DNA of 64,000 nt from NCBI GenBank assembly GCA_038087875.1, contig CM075991.1, forward strand, positions 9,922,001 to 9,986,000, read 5' to 3'. Each line of letters starts with the position of its first letter. Position 1 is the first letter of the stretch. Source of the DNA: Malacoraja senta (taxonomy: Eukaryota). The position numbers were made by a program, and so were the translations under genes. The notes beneath the pieces are model-generated. The model had not been told where the DNA came from. It saw nothing but the letters and a program-made list of their open reading frames with translations, and ran no database searches. Of the stretch, positions 38,051-50,499 are shown in pieces.

Positions 38051-38269
38051 AAACCAGCATCTGCAGTTCCTTCCTACACGGTTTTAAGAAGCTGTTTGAA
38101 ATCGGGGAGGGGTGGGGGGGGGGGGGAGAATTGGCCAGGGAGAGGGGGTGGGGGGGGGTGGGGGGAGAGTGAAATGGAAAGAACAGAAGCAAGATATCAG
38201 GAGCCTGGGATGGCAGGGTGGGAGAAGCCCGCTGGGCATTATCAGTAAGGAACCCCTCCCATACCACCA

Positions 38270-38645
38270 CCAAAATAATCGCGTGCGTGATCAGTCACCA
38301 GGGCAGCCGTGATGTGCCATTCTTCATCCTTTGTTTGCAAAGCGCTCTATAATTGCCGCCGTAATTGGCTCAGCATGTGGAAGGGCTTGCGCAATTACCA
38401 GGCATTAAGATCGAGTAATTTATTAAGTGTCAGACAAGAACAACAGTTTAATTACTAAGGTTTGCAGTGATTAAACAGGCCACAAAAACACAATCAGAGG
38501 CTGCAGTTTTCTTTGTGACTGGTACCAAGATGAAACGAGACATTAATAATTTAGCAGTTTTAATTGACTCGGTGAAGGGATTCAGATGTCGAGAGCTACA
38601 CGGAATTATTAATTTAAAACGCATCCTGATCTGAGGCAGGCTTAT
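38270..38645. promoter_or_regulatory. Candidate conserved non-coding element/enhancer
   Basis: Repeat-free, retains CpGs, very dense in TAAT/ATTA motifs, and lies downstream of a developmental TF gene. Inference only. Confidence 0.5.
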
Positions 38646-38951
38646 CTTTTCCTTGTCTGGATTTCAACGCTCTCAACGTTGAGAGGAAGACTTTTCACTG
38701 CCCTCCACGATCATTCTTTCTATCATTTGAATCCTCCTGTACCCAGGAAAGTTCTTGCTGAGAATAAAGATCACACACACACACACACACATCCAATCAA
38801 CCTCTCCTTCATTGACCACCGCACATCATAGTTCTTCTGCTGCACGGTTTCACTGGGTTGAAATATGACCTCCTCTAACTGTCCCACGTTCAAGAGCTGA
38901 AACCTTTCCTCCATCAATGTCCTTTCTTCCGAAAATCTAGGAAGATACCGG

Positions 38952-40045
38952 AGGCACAGTGGCACACCGGGTAGAGCTGCTGTCCCATAGTGCCGGTGAC
39001 CCGGCCTCGATCCTGAGCTGTCTGTACGGAGATTGCACGTTCTGTGACCACGTGGGTTTCCTCCAGGTGCACTGGTTTCCCCCCACTTTCTAAGGTTGTG
39101 CAGGTGTGAAGGTTAATTGGCCTCGGTAAATTATGTCTTGTGTGTAAGGAGTGGATGGGAAGGTGGGATAAGGTAGAACTAGTGTGAACGGGTGATTGAA
39201 GGTCGGCCTGGACCCGGATGGGCCGAATGGCATGTTTCCATGCTGTATCTTTCATAGAAACGTAGAAACATAGAAAATAGGTGCAGGAGGAGGCCATTCG
39301 GCCCTTCGAGCCAGCACCGCCATTCATTGTGATCATGGCTGATCATCCCCTATCAATAACCCGTGCCTGCCTTCTCCCCATATCCCTTGACTCCACTAGC
39401 CCCTAGAGCTCTATCTAACTCTCTCTTAAATCCATCCAGTGACTTGGCCTCCACTGCCCTCTGTGGCAGGGAATTCCATAAATTCACAACTCTCTGGGTG
39501 AAAACGTTTTTTCTCACCTCAGTCTTAAATGACCTCCCCTTTATTCTAAGACTGTGGCCCCTGGTTCTGGACTCGCCCAACATTGGGAACATTTTTCCTG
39601 CATCTAGCTTGTCCAGTCCTTTTATAATTTTATATGTTTCTATAAGATCCCCCTCATCCTTCTAAACTCCAGTGAATACAAGCCTAGTCTTTTCAATCTT
39701 TCCTCATATGAACCTCTTTACTCCTATACTAATTAATCAATCAATTTAGTTGGGTGATACAGCGTGGAAACAGGCCCTTTGGCCTACTGAGTCCGCACCA
39801 ACCAGCGATCCCCGCTCGTTAACACTATCCTACACACACGAGGGAGAATTTACACTTACACCAAGCCAAACCTGTACGTCTTTGGAGTGTGGGAGGAAAC
39901 CGAAGATCTCGGAGAAAACCCACGCAGGTCACGGGGGAGAACGTACAAACTCCGTACAGACAGCACCCGTGGTCAGGATCGAACCCGGGTCTCCGGCGCT
40001 GCAAGCGCTGTGAGGCAGCAACTCTACCGCCTCGCCACCATGGCC
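38952..40045. mobile_element. V-SINE (+, 38952-39252), CR1 (-, 39253-39712), V-SINE (-, 39745-40045)
   Basis: Consensus matches; ORF 39353-39592 is the CR1 ORF2 end. Confidence 0.85.
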
Positions 40046-40159
40046 GCTGAAGATTCAATCTTCAATACCAGATAGTATCTCAAAATCATTCATTCCATGA
40101 TTTATTTTTCTACTCCTTTCCATCTTCACACTCATTTGTCACGTGGACTTTTATTTGCA

Positions 40160-40680
40160 TGTACTGCGGGCAGTTCTGGTCAGGCCATTGCAGGACAGAT
40201 GTGGAGGTTTTGGAGAGGATGCAGAAGAGGTTTTCCTGAAAGCTGTCCGGATTAGAGGGTTTCTGCTGCAGGGGAGGTTGGGTAGACTTGGATTGCTCTC
40301 TCTGGAACGTCGGAGGTTAAGGGGAGACTTGATAGAAGTATATAAAGGGCATAGATAGGGTAGACAGTCACAACCTTTATCCCAAGGCAGAATTGCCCAA
40401 CACTGGATGGCATAGCTATACGGTGAGAGGGGGAATGTGCAATTGAGCTGCGTGGGGCAAGATTTTTTACACAGAGGGTGGTGGGGAGCCTGGAACGCAT
40501 TGCCAGGGGTGGTGGTGGAGGCAGATGCGACAGTGGCATTGAAGAGGCTTTTAGATAGGCGTTCAGGGAATATGGATCATGTGCAGGCAGATGAGATCAG
40601 TTTAACGTGTCATGATGTTCGACACAAACATTGTTGCTGAAGGCCCCGTCCTTGTGCTGTACTATGTTCTATTTTCTATG
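40160..40680 (+). mobile_element. Old CR1 fragment
   Basis: RLGRLGLLSLERRRLRGDLIEVYK. Confidence 0.8.
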
Positions 40681-42119
40681 ACTAGCATCTTCTGCCATCA
40701 ATCGCCAGTGTTTCTAACTGAGATGTATCCCTCTCCTAACACCCGAAATCAAAGACTCCTGTGCAATTTCGGGTCTTTCGTCAAGAAAGGCTGTCTCCCC
40801 TCATTTTGAGTTCCCCCTTTTGCAGTTATGAAGCACGACACCATTTTTCTCGCACGGGACATCTGGAGAGAGTTAGAGCGGAATATCCCAGAGCTGAATT
40901 GAAGAAATGTAAAGGAACATTAAGCAGGTCTCTCTTGACAGGGCATCACGTATAAAGCAAAGCCATCTTTTCTTATTTCATTGCAGAATATCGGCATATT
41001 ACTCCTACTGTCGGTTAAGAGTTCAGATTAGTTCTGTGGGGGGTAGGAGAGGGAGAAGGGGAAGAGTTATTGAAAACCAAGTCACATTATTGATGAGGTC
41101 TTGGACTTCAAGCAGATTTTATATTTCCATAGAAACCACTAACAGATGAAGAACTCCTGTGAGGGTCACCTTTATGAATGAATCCCTTGTTGCCACATGC
41201 GACAAGTCATGGAGAAATTGTTGGGGTGGTATGCAATAGTCGCTACATCAAGGGCACCTTGATGTAGGCCTCCTGATTCTATCCGTGGCTCTTAGCAGTG
41301 TGACAGGTTCCTGGGGTTGGAACGCTTGTCCTGGACTGTCTAGGGAGGGCTTTACCTGCCCCTGTTGGCTCCCTGCATCCGAAGCTCCTCACTGCTCCAT
41401 TGCAGCTTACTGATCCAAGATGGCGACTCTTTATGTGCTGCACATAGAAGCGTATCTGCAATCACGCATTCGCTCCACTCTTTTAAACCTCAACTCCAAC
41501 AGCTGCATTTCTTACTTTAACTCTGCTCTTCTTAACCTCCTCCCCCTCGGACTATCATTAATTGGACTTCACTGGACTTTATCTTGCACTAAAGATTATT
41601 CAACTTATTCCCTTTATCATGTATCTGTACACTGTGGATGGCTCGATTGTAATCATGCATTGTCTTTCTGCAGGCTGGTTAGCACGCAGCAAATGCTTTG
41701 AGTCTGAGTTTGAGCTTGGGTTTTGAGCTCAGTTTATTGTCACCTATACCGAGGTACAGTGAAAAGCTTTTCCACCCGGTTTGTAGGTTAATTGGCTTCA
41801 GTAAAAATTGTAAATTGTGCCTAGTGCGTAGTGTACAGGGAGATTGCTGGCTGGCATGGTCTCAGTAGGCTGAAGGGCCTGTTTCCCCACTGTATCTCTA
41901 ACGTAAAACTGACACACGGCTTCTCCTTTGGATTAAATCAAGACTAATCCCATAAGGTCATACGGAATAGGAGTAGAATTAGGCCATTCGGCCCATCAAG
42001 CCTACTCCGCCATTCAATCATGGCTGATCTATCTCTCCCTCTAACCCCATTCTTCTGCCTTCTCCCCATAACCCTTAGACTCTTTAGATGAGGGTACACA
42101 ATCCCCGGTGTAATTTTGA

Positions 42120-42650
42120 AGTACAGCAGGGAAGTTATCGATAGTGTCCTGGCCAACACCTAATGCCATTTAACATCGCCAGACGCAGTTTAGAGCTTTG
42201 GTTTAGAGATACAACGTGGAAACAGGCCCTTCGGCCTACTGAGTCCACATCGACCAACAATCACCCATTCACACGATTTCCATGTTATCCCAGTTTTTCA
42301 TCTTGGGAAAGGTAGACAATTCCCACGGCGGGCAATTTGCAGAAGCCAATTAGCGTGCAAACCTGTACGCCTTTGGAAGGTGGGAGGAAACCGGAGCACC
42401 CGGAGGAACCCACGCGGTCGCACGGAGAACGTACAAACTCAGTACGGACAACACCTGCGGTCAGGATTGAACCCGGGTCTCTGGCGCTGTGAGGCAGCAA
42501 CTCTACCGCTGCGCCACCATGCCACACATACAGTAATTGGCACCTTTCCAGCAGCAGCTACATTGAAAAACTACTTCATCGCCTGAAAGTGCTTTGTGAT
42601 TTCCTGAAGGAGAGGAGAAACTGCTCTGGAAATGCAAGTCTTTATTTATT
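42120..42650. mobile_element. Old Deu-SINE (+) split by a V-SINE (-, 42195-42525)
   Basis: agtgtcctggccaac..., then the tail tacttcatcgcctgaaagtgctttg...aaatgcaagtcttt. Confidence 0.55.
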
Positions 42651-43355
42651 TGCTCTAATTTATCCCATGGAACTTGCTTCCTTTCTTCCACGCCAAATGA
42701 CTTTGCAAAGCTGCCACTTCCAAAGCGCCTTCAATACTCTATTTCTTTTATAAACCATCACGGTACGGCAAAGCTTCTTATATCTCGGTTCCTGCATCCA
42801 CTGCCTTCACATTTAAGGCTTCATAAGGGTCATTAATCCATGCCTTTGGGAGTTGGTGTGCTCACACCAGTTATCACGGGTTAGCCATGTGGGCCTGCAA
42901 GTTGGATCGCGAGATGTTGACTGAGTCGTTAATTAGTATTGCCTTTCCTTTTCAAAGCGTTGAGCGAAAGAAATATTGTTCGGAGAGGGGCACGTCCGAC
43001 TGATTGTGCGACAAGGAACCAATTAAAAAGGAACTAGTTAATGGTGAAAGGAGTGGTGTGTTATTCTGCTCTTCCTGTGGCCTTTAGGTCCAAATTGCTT
43101 GCTGTGAAGTGATGGAGATCAAAAGATCTCTCCTGTAGCATAGGGTTGCAGATACTTTTTTATCGCTCCCTCATTGCAAAGCCTTGATGCAGGTCTGTCG
43201 GTGAGGTTGTGGCTGTTGACACAACATGCAGTTAGGGGGAAGATGTAAGTCTCGGGCAGAGTTCCAAGTGTGGGGCAGGTCACGGATAAGGGACAAACTT
43301 TTCCGCCACCCTTCGTCAATGTAGAAAAATGACCGAGCTCCCTCTGAGAATGTCT

Positions 43356-43700
43356 TAGACAATAGACAATAGACAGTAGACAATAGGTGCAGGAGTAGGC
43401 CATTCGGCCCTTCGAGCCAGCACCGCCATTCAATGTGATCATGGCTGATCATCCCCAATCAGTACCCCGTTCCTGCCTTCTCCCCATATCCCCTGACTCT
43501 GCTGTCTTTAAAAGCCCTATCTAGCTCTCTCTTGAAAGTATCCAAAGAACCTGCCTCCACCGCCCTCTGAGGCAGAGAATTCCACAGACTCACCACTCTC
43601 TGTGAGAAAAAGTGTATCCTCGTCTCCGTTCTAAATGGCCTACTCCTTATTCTCAAACTGTGGCCCCTGGTTCTGGACTCCCCCAACATCGGGAACATGG
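43356..43700 (-). mobile_element. CR1 3' end, (CTATTGT)n tail subfamily
   Basis: MFPMLGESRTRGHSLRIRSRPFRTE...WNSLPQRAVEA. Confidence 0.88.
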
Positions 43701-43884
43701 TCTTCATGGTTGTGTGGTCACCATCTGGAAGAGGAGGGCTTCCTTCTGAGACAAAGTGCTGAGCAGAGCGAAGGGCATTCCACTCTGTATTCAAACTGTG
43801 CTGTGAAGCATGGGAGTGGTCGTGTCCATATTGGAGAGGAAGCTTTGCTCTCTATCTGACACATATAATTTCTTGCCCGAAAGT

Positions 43885-44197
43885 GTTTAGCTTAGTTTAG
43901 AGATACAGCGTGGAAACGAAACACCTTCGGCCCACCGAGTCCATGCCGACCAGTGATCCCCGCACACTAACACTATCCAACACACACTAGGGAGAATTTA
44001 CAATTTTACCAATGCCAATTAACCTGCATATCTGTACGTCTTTGGAGTGTGGGAGGAAACCGGAGGATTCGGATAAATCCCAAGCAGGTCACGAGGAGAA
44101 CATACAAACTCCGTACAGACAGCGCCCATAGTCAGGATCGAGCCCGGGTCTATGGCGCTGTAAGGCAGCAACTCTACTGCTGAGCCACCGTGCCGCC
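43885..44197 (-). mobile_element. V-SINE (HE1-like)
   Basis: Reverse-complement consensus. Confidence 0.88.
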
Positions 44198-44436
44198 CTG
44201 TTTGGAAAGACATTGTGGAGGAAGTTTTACCCTGTGTCTAACCCATGCGATTCCTGCTTTGGGAGTATTTAAATGGCCCTTTACTCAATTCATTTGACAA
44301 GAAATCGATGAGGAACTTTTACTCTTGTGTCTAACCCATGCTGTACCCATAGTTTAGAGATACAGCATGGAAACAGGCCCTTCGGCCTACCAAGTCCATG
44401 CTGACCATTGATCAGTTCACCAACCAGAGAGCGGTC

Positions 44437-45049
44437 CTGTTAGCTTTCATAGCAAAAGGATTTGAGTATAGGAGCAGGGAGGTTCTACTGCAGTTGTACA
44501 GGGTCTTGGTGAGACCACACCTGGAGTATTGCGTACAGTTTTGGTCTCCAAATCTGAGGAAGGACATTATAGCCATAGAGGGAGTGCAGAGAAGGTTCAC
44601 CAGACTGATTCCTGGGATGTCAGGACTTCCATATGAAGAAAGACTGGATAGACTTGGCTTATACTCGTTAGAATTTAGGAGATTGAGAGGGGATCTTATA
44701 GAAACGTACAAAATTCTTATGGGGTTGGACAGGCTAGATGCAGGAAGATTGTTCCCGATGTTGGGGAAGTCCAGGACAAGGGGTCACAGCTTAAGGATAA
44801 GGGGGAAATCCTTTAAGACCGAGATGAGGAAAAACGTTTTCACACAGAGAGTGGTGAATCTCTGGAACTCTCTGCCACAGAGGGTAGTTGAGGCCAGTTC
44901 ATTGGCTATATTTAAGAGGGAGTTAGATGTGGCCCTTGTGGCTAAAGGGATCAGGGGGTATGGAGAGAAGGCAGGGATGGGATACTGAGTTGGATGATCA
45001 GCCATGGCCTACTCCTGCACCTATTTTCTATGTATCTATGTATCTATGT
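44437..45049 (+). mobile_element. Young CR1, ORF2 C-terminus uninterrupted
   Basis: LYRVLVRPHLEYCVQFWSP...IEGVQRRFTRLIPG... Confidence 0.93.
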
Positions 45050-45640
45050 ACCATCTACCTCATTGGAAACCCTCGGACTCTCTTTAATCGGACTTTACCT
45101 TGCACTAAACGTTTGTTCCCTTTATCCTGTATCTGTACACTGTGGATGGCTCGATTGTAATCATGTATTGTCTTTCCGCTGACTGGTTAGCACGCAACAA
45201 AAGCTTCTCAATGTACCCCAGTACACGTGACAATAAATTAAACTTCAAACTTCCAACCCTAGTTCCAGGTTGTCGCATTTGCTCATTAACTCTTTGCACA
45301 CCAGGGACAATTAACCTACAAACCCGCACAACTTTGGTAAGTGCAAGCAAACCCACACACACACACAGTCGCATGGTCTTATGTGCAAACTCCACACAGA
45401 CCATCTGAACCATCCTACCACAACTAGAGAGCAGACCTGAATTACTATCTACCTCAATGGAGACCCTCGGATTATCTTTGATCAGACTTTACTGGCTTTA
45501 TCTTGCATTAAATGTTATTCCCTTCATCATGTATCTGTACGCTGTGGACGGCTCGATTGTAATCAGAATGTGTTATCTTCCCGCTGACTGGTTAGCACGC
45601 AACAAAAGCTTTTCACTGCACGTGATGATAAACTGAACTC
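45050..45640 (+). mobile_element. Two Rex1-type 3' UTR copies with V-SINE pieces
   Basis: Repeated ggctcgattgtaatc...gctgactggttagcacgcaacaaaagctt. Confidence 0.7.
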
Positions 45641-46499
45641 AAGCCCAAACCTAAACTCAGACAGCACCTGAGGTCAGGATCGAACCTGGGTTTCTGGCTC
45701 TGTGAGGCAGCAACTCTTCCAGCTGCGCCACTGTGCTGCCATCAGTCGAAGGGACTTCACTCAATGCCATACCTCTTGCATCGGTCCTTCAATAGACACT
45801 GAGAGCAGGAGTTCGTAAAGGAATTTCTTTCATTCCCCAAAAACAAAGGTCCCTGGGTGCAGCTCAGAATTCAGACCCCCAAAATCCTTGCCACACGATG
45901 TAATCTAACATGCAATCCAGTAAAATCCCAGCAATAAATCAGCAAGCTTAACTTAAATACTCAAATACCATTTATGACAGCATAATGTATCTTATAAGCA
46001 AAACATATGCCATACAATGCTGGTTTCGAAAGAAATATTGAAGACTTAGTGATTTAGGTCTGCACAACTCATTTATATCTTGGGTTCTCAACTATTTTAT
46101 TATTGAGAAATAATTGTAGTATAACCTTGTAAGAAAGAGTAGATGTCAACAGGGAATACACATGGAGCATAATACAGATCAAGGTAAGAGGCTGGTGAGG
46201 CTAATTAAACAGACGTCAGTGGCTAAGGTTGGAGATATTTGTTATTATTATTCAACCAAAGGTTTGCAGTACAGAATAGCATCAGAGTTGATGAGGGTAG
46301 GGACTTTGTGTAGGTCGAGAGGTGACCAAGCTTGTGTTGGAAGCACTTGATATATATGGAGCAAGGGCGGACAAAGGGAGTTAAAAAGCGGGAAAATTGG
46401 TTGTATTAGGGAAGAGCATGACAAAACAGGCAATAATGGGGTGAAGATAGACGCAAAATAGGGGAGGATCTCACATCCTCAATGATCCACAAGGAAAAT

Positions 46500-47208
46500 G
46501 CAGGCTAGGTCTTTACTCCTGGGAGAGCAGGATCGTGAGGGATGATCTTATGGAGATGTATCCAGGACAAGGGGTCACAGCTTAAGAATAAGGGGGAAAT
46601 CCTTTAAGACCGAGATGAGGAAAAACTTTTTCACACAGAGAGTGGTGAATCTCTGGAACTCTCTGCCACAGAGGGTAGTTGAGGCCAGTTCATTGGCTAT
46701 ATTTAAGAGGGAGTTAGATGTGGCCCTTGTGGCTAAGGGGATCAGGGGGTATGGAGAGAAGGCAGGTACGGGATACTGAGTTGGATGATCAGCCATGATC
46801 ATATTGAATGGCGGTGCAGGCTCGAAGGGCCGAATGGCCTACTCCTGCACCTATTTTCTATGTATCTATGTATAAAATTGTGATAGGATTAGACAGGGTA
46901 AATGCAGAGTCTTTTACCCAGAGTGAGGGAAGCAAGACCCAAAGGACGTAGGTTTATGGTGAAGGGGGAAGGATTTAATAGGAACCTGAAGTGCGACTTT
47001 TTTTACACAAAGGTGTATGGAACGGGCAGCCAGAGGAGGTGGTTGAGGCAGGTGCTATCACAACGTTTAAGAAACATTTGGACAGGTACATGGATAGAAA
47101 AGATTTAGAGGCATATGGGCCAAAACAGGCAGGTGGGACTAGTGTGGATGGAACAAATTGGTCGGAGTGGACAAGTTGAGGCAAAGGGCCTATTTCCACA
47201 CTGTATGA
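46500..47208 (+). mobile_element. Older CR1 with a young CR1 (46561-46872) inserted
   Basis: Two different tail families in series; the host resumes at tataaaattg. Confidence 0.8.
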
Positions 47209-47497
47209 TCTTCTTCTTCTTGCGAATGAAACATAAACCAAAGGAATAGTTAGATCTCAAGCCGGGTGTTGAGCAGCCAGGTTGTTGTCTCTGCATCAAT
47301 ATCTGCCAGGCCCTGACAGAGCTCCATCAGGTGGGCGGTAGAGCGGGAACCCAGAGATGACATGGTTGGCTGTCTGTGGTTCTGCTCCGCATTCACAGGC
47401 TGGGCTTTGGTGGAGTCCCCATCTCCACATGCTGGCGTTGAAACGCCCAGCTCCAGTACCAAGTCTGTTGAGCTTCACAACATGACTCCAGGACTCT
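47209..47497 (-). mobile_element. Ingi/Vingi-like LINE 3' fragment
   Basis: VKLNRLGTGAGRFNASMWRWGLHQSPACECGAEPQTANHVI (zinc-knuckle region) and a (GAA)n tail. Confidence 0.7.
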
Positions 47498-49012
47498 CTA
47501 AAATGTTTCAGCAATGGGAGAACTAAAGGTCAGCCATTTTGTGAGAGAATGCAGGAGTAAAATAACAACATGGAGAGGTTACATGGAGGTGGAATGGACA
47601 GGGTGGATGCACAGAGTCTTTTGCCCAGGGTAGAGGAATCAAAACCAAGGACATATATTTAAGGTGAGAGGGCAAAAGGTTTAATATGAACCTGAGGGGC
47701 AGCTTTTTCATTCTGAGGGTGGTGGGTATATGGCACGAGCTGCCAGAGGCGGGAGTTGAGGCAAGTACTATCACAACATTTAAAAGGGCACTTGGACAGG
47801 TTAATGGATGGGAAAGGTTTAGGGGGATGTGGGCCAAACGGGACCAGTTTAGATGGGGCATATTGATTGGCATGGATTAGAGTCATAGAATGATATGGTG
47901 TGGAAACAGGTCCTACGGCCCAACTTGCCCACACCGGCCAACATATCCCAGCTACGCTAGTCCCACCTGCCTGCGCATGGTCCATATCCCTCCAAACCTG
48001 TCCTATCCATGTACCTTTCTTAAAAGTTGGGATAGTCCCAGCCTTAACTACCTCCTCTGGCAGCTTGGCCAAAGGGTCTGTTTCCGTGTTGTACGACTTT
48101 TCTCCATGACCACCGGATTCGGGGGAAGGCTCGGTGTCTAGATACCTAGCGTCATAGGCTGGAAGCAGACAACCAAAAGCCTTTGGAATCTAACCTAAAT
48201 GTAGCAATGATAGTGTTAAGTGCAGTTGTGAGTGGACAAGAAACGTCTGTCTCTTAAATCACAGTCACGGAAAGGAGATGCATTAAGTAAAAAATTGGAG
48301 AGGTTGTTGAAGAATGTATTATAGAGTGGGTTCTCCGTCTCTCTGATCCCACTGAAGGCAGATTGATAAGAGGAAATGGCCTACCTTCAGCTGTCAACAA
48401 ACATCTACTGCAGGGTGTGTTATTTATAAACGAGAACGGACTGGAAAACAGTGAGCTCAGATATAATTAGCAGGCGGCTCTGGGGAAAAGGCTGATGTTG
48501 TAGTGTTTGGGAACCCAATTTGGTAGCTGCGTCTTTGATCTCAGCTTTCATGTATTAGGGGCAGGCGTGTTGGTATCACGCACCTCACAGGAGAGTTGGG
48601 ATTTGGGCTGTGGCAAGAGATGTTTGCCAGGAGGATGTCTACAATAGAATCTCTGCGCTTGCTGCTGTGTGTTTGGATTGGGCGGCACTGTGTTTGCCTG
48701 CAGTACGACCCTATAACGCGGTGATTAGCCTAATCTAGCTAATTAAAACTCTGCTCAGCATTACACATACTGGCTGCCAGCAGGGCAATCGCAACAGTTC
48801 CATTCTCTCTCTGCTTCCTTGCCTCCCTGCAATTTCCCCATCTGATTCTTCATTGACTCTTTTGCCTTGAGCCTATTCTTACGGCGGACAAATAACCAAC
48901 CAACTCACAAGTCTTTGGGGGCGTGGGACAAAACCGGAGCACCCTTGCGTGGTCACAGGGAGAACGTGCGAACTCCACGCAGAGTGCGCCATTTCCTTTT
49001 CAGTGAAAGGGT

Positions 49013-49960
49013 TCCAGAACAAGGGGTCACAGTTTAAGGATAAGGGGGAAGTCTTTTAGGATCGAGATGAGAAAAACATGTTTCACACAGAGAGTGGTGA
49101 ATCTGTGGAATTCTCTGCCACAGAAGGTAGTTGAGGCCAGTTCATTGGCTATATTTAAGAGGGAGTTAGATGTGGCCCTTGTGGCTAAAGGGATCAGGGG
49201 GTATGGAGAGAAAGCAGGTACAGGATACTGAGTTGGATGATCAGCCATGATCATATTGAATGGCGGTGCTGGCTCGAAGGGCCGAATGGCCTACTCCTGC
49301 ACCTATTTTCTATGTTTCTATGTTTCTATGTTTACTTTCAAAGAAAGCTGAAGGGATGGCATGGTGGCGCAGCGGTAGAGTTTCTGCCTTACAGCGCCAG
49401 AGACCCGGGTTCGATCCTGACAATGGGTGCTTGGTCTGTACGGAGTTTGTACCTTCTCCCTGTGACCGCGTGGGTTTTCTCCCAGATCCCCAGGTTTCCT
49501 ACCACACTCCAAAGACATACAGGTTTGCGGGGCTAATTGGCTTGGTATAATTGTAAATTGTCCCTAGTGTGTGCAGGATTAGTGTACGGGGCGATCATTG
49601 GTCGGCGCGGATGCGGTGAGCCGAAGAGTCTGATTCCCCGCTGTATCTCCAAACTAAACTGGCGGGTTTCCTTGTCCATAACTCGTTTTCACCTAGCCCA
49701 CAGCTCACAATGGCCTGTTTCCTTTATCATCATTACTTTTCAGCATATCTTTCATTCATTTCTTCTATATCTCTCTTTATCGCCGCCTATTCACTTTCAA
49801 GAGATTCAACTGTTTATTGTCATGTTTATTGCCAGATAGGACAATGAAATTGTCCCCTGACTATCAGTCTGAAGAAGGGTCTCGACCCGAAACGTCACCT
49901 ATTCCTTTCCTCCAGAGATGCTGTCTGACCCGCTGAGTTACTCCAGCATTTTGTGTCTGT
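49013..49960 (+). mobile_element. Young CR1 end (49013-49332), V-SINE (49357-49660), Penelope 3'/pLTR (~49670-49960)
   Basis: Consensus matches; intact CTGAAGAAGGGTCTCGACCCGAAACGTC at ~49869. Confidence 0.85.
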
Positions 49961-50499
49961 ATCCGGTTTGCACTAAATATCATTTGGACTCTGCAAGCTA
50001 AGCTGACGATGGCATGCATAATGCTACGTTGACAACTGCCTGGGCATACAGAGTCCAAATGATATTTAGTTGCTGCCCATGGCATGCTTTGTCGAGTGCA
50101 GCTGCTCACAGCTAGAATTCCAAGACATAAGGCACTCCTCAGTCACACCTACAGTCTTCAAAATGAGAAACGACAGGGAACCTGAGGGAATATGCTGCCT
50201 TCAGACAGGAAACTTGGAAGTTCCTTTGGTCAAGCTTCATCTGGAGAAAACAGGTAACAGCAGTTGATACGTTAAGAGCTTTAGTCAACACCTACCGTTT
50301 GGTCGCTTTGATGTTAACTCGAGGGACGGAGGATGAAACAATTAAATGTACTTCTCGTAAATCATTATCCCTTGACCAGAGGTCGGTTAGATAATAGAAG
50401 CAGGATTGATCCGTATTACCAGAGAAACTCTGATAATCCACCACCCCATTCTTCGGAGATCCCGCTGGTGTTGCATCTGGTTTTTCTGGGCATTGTCTC

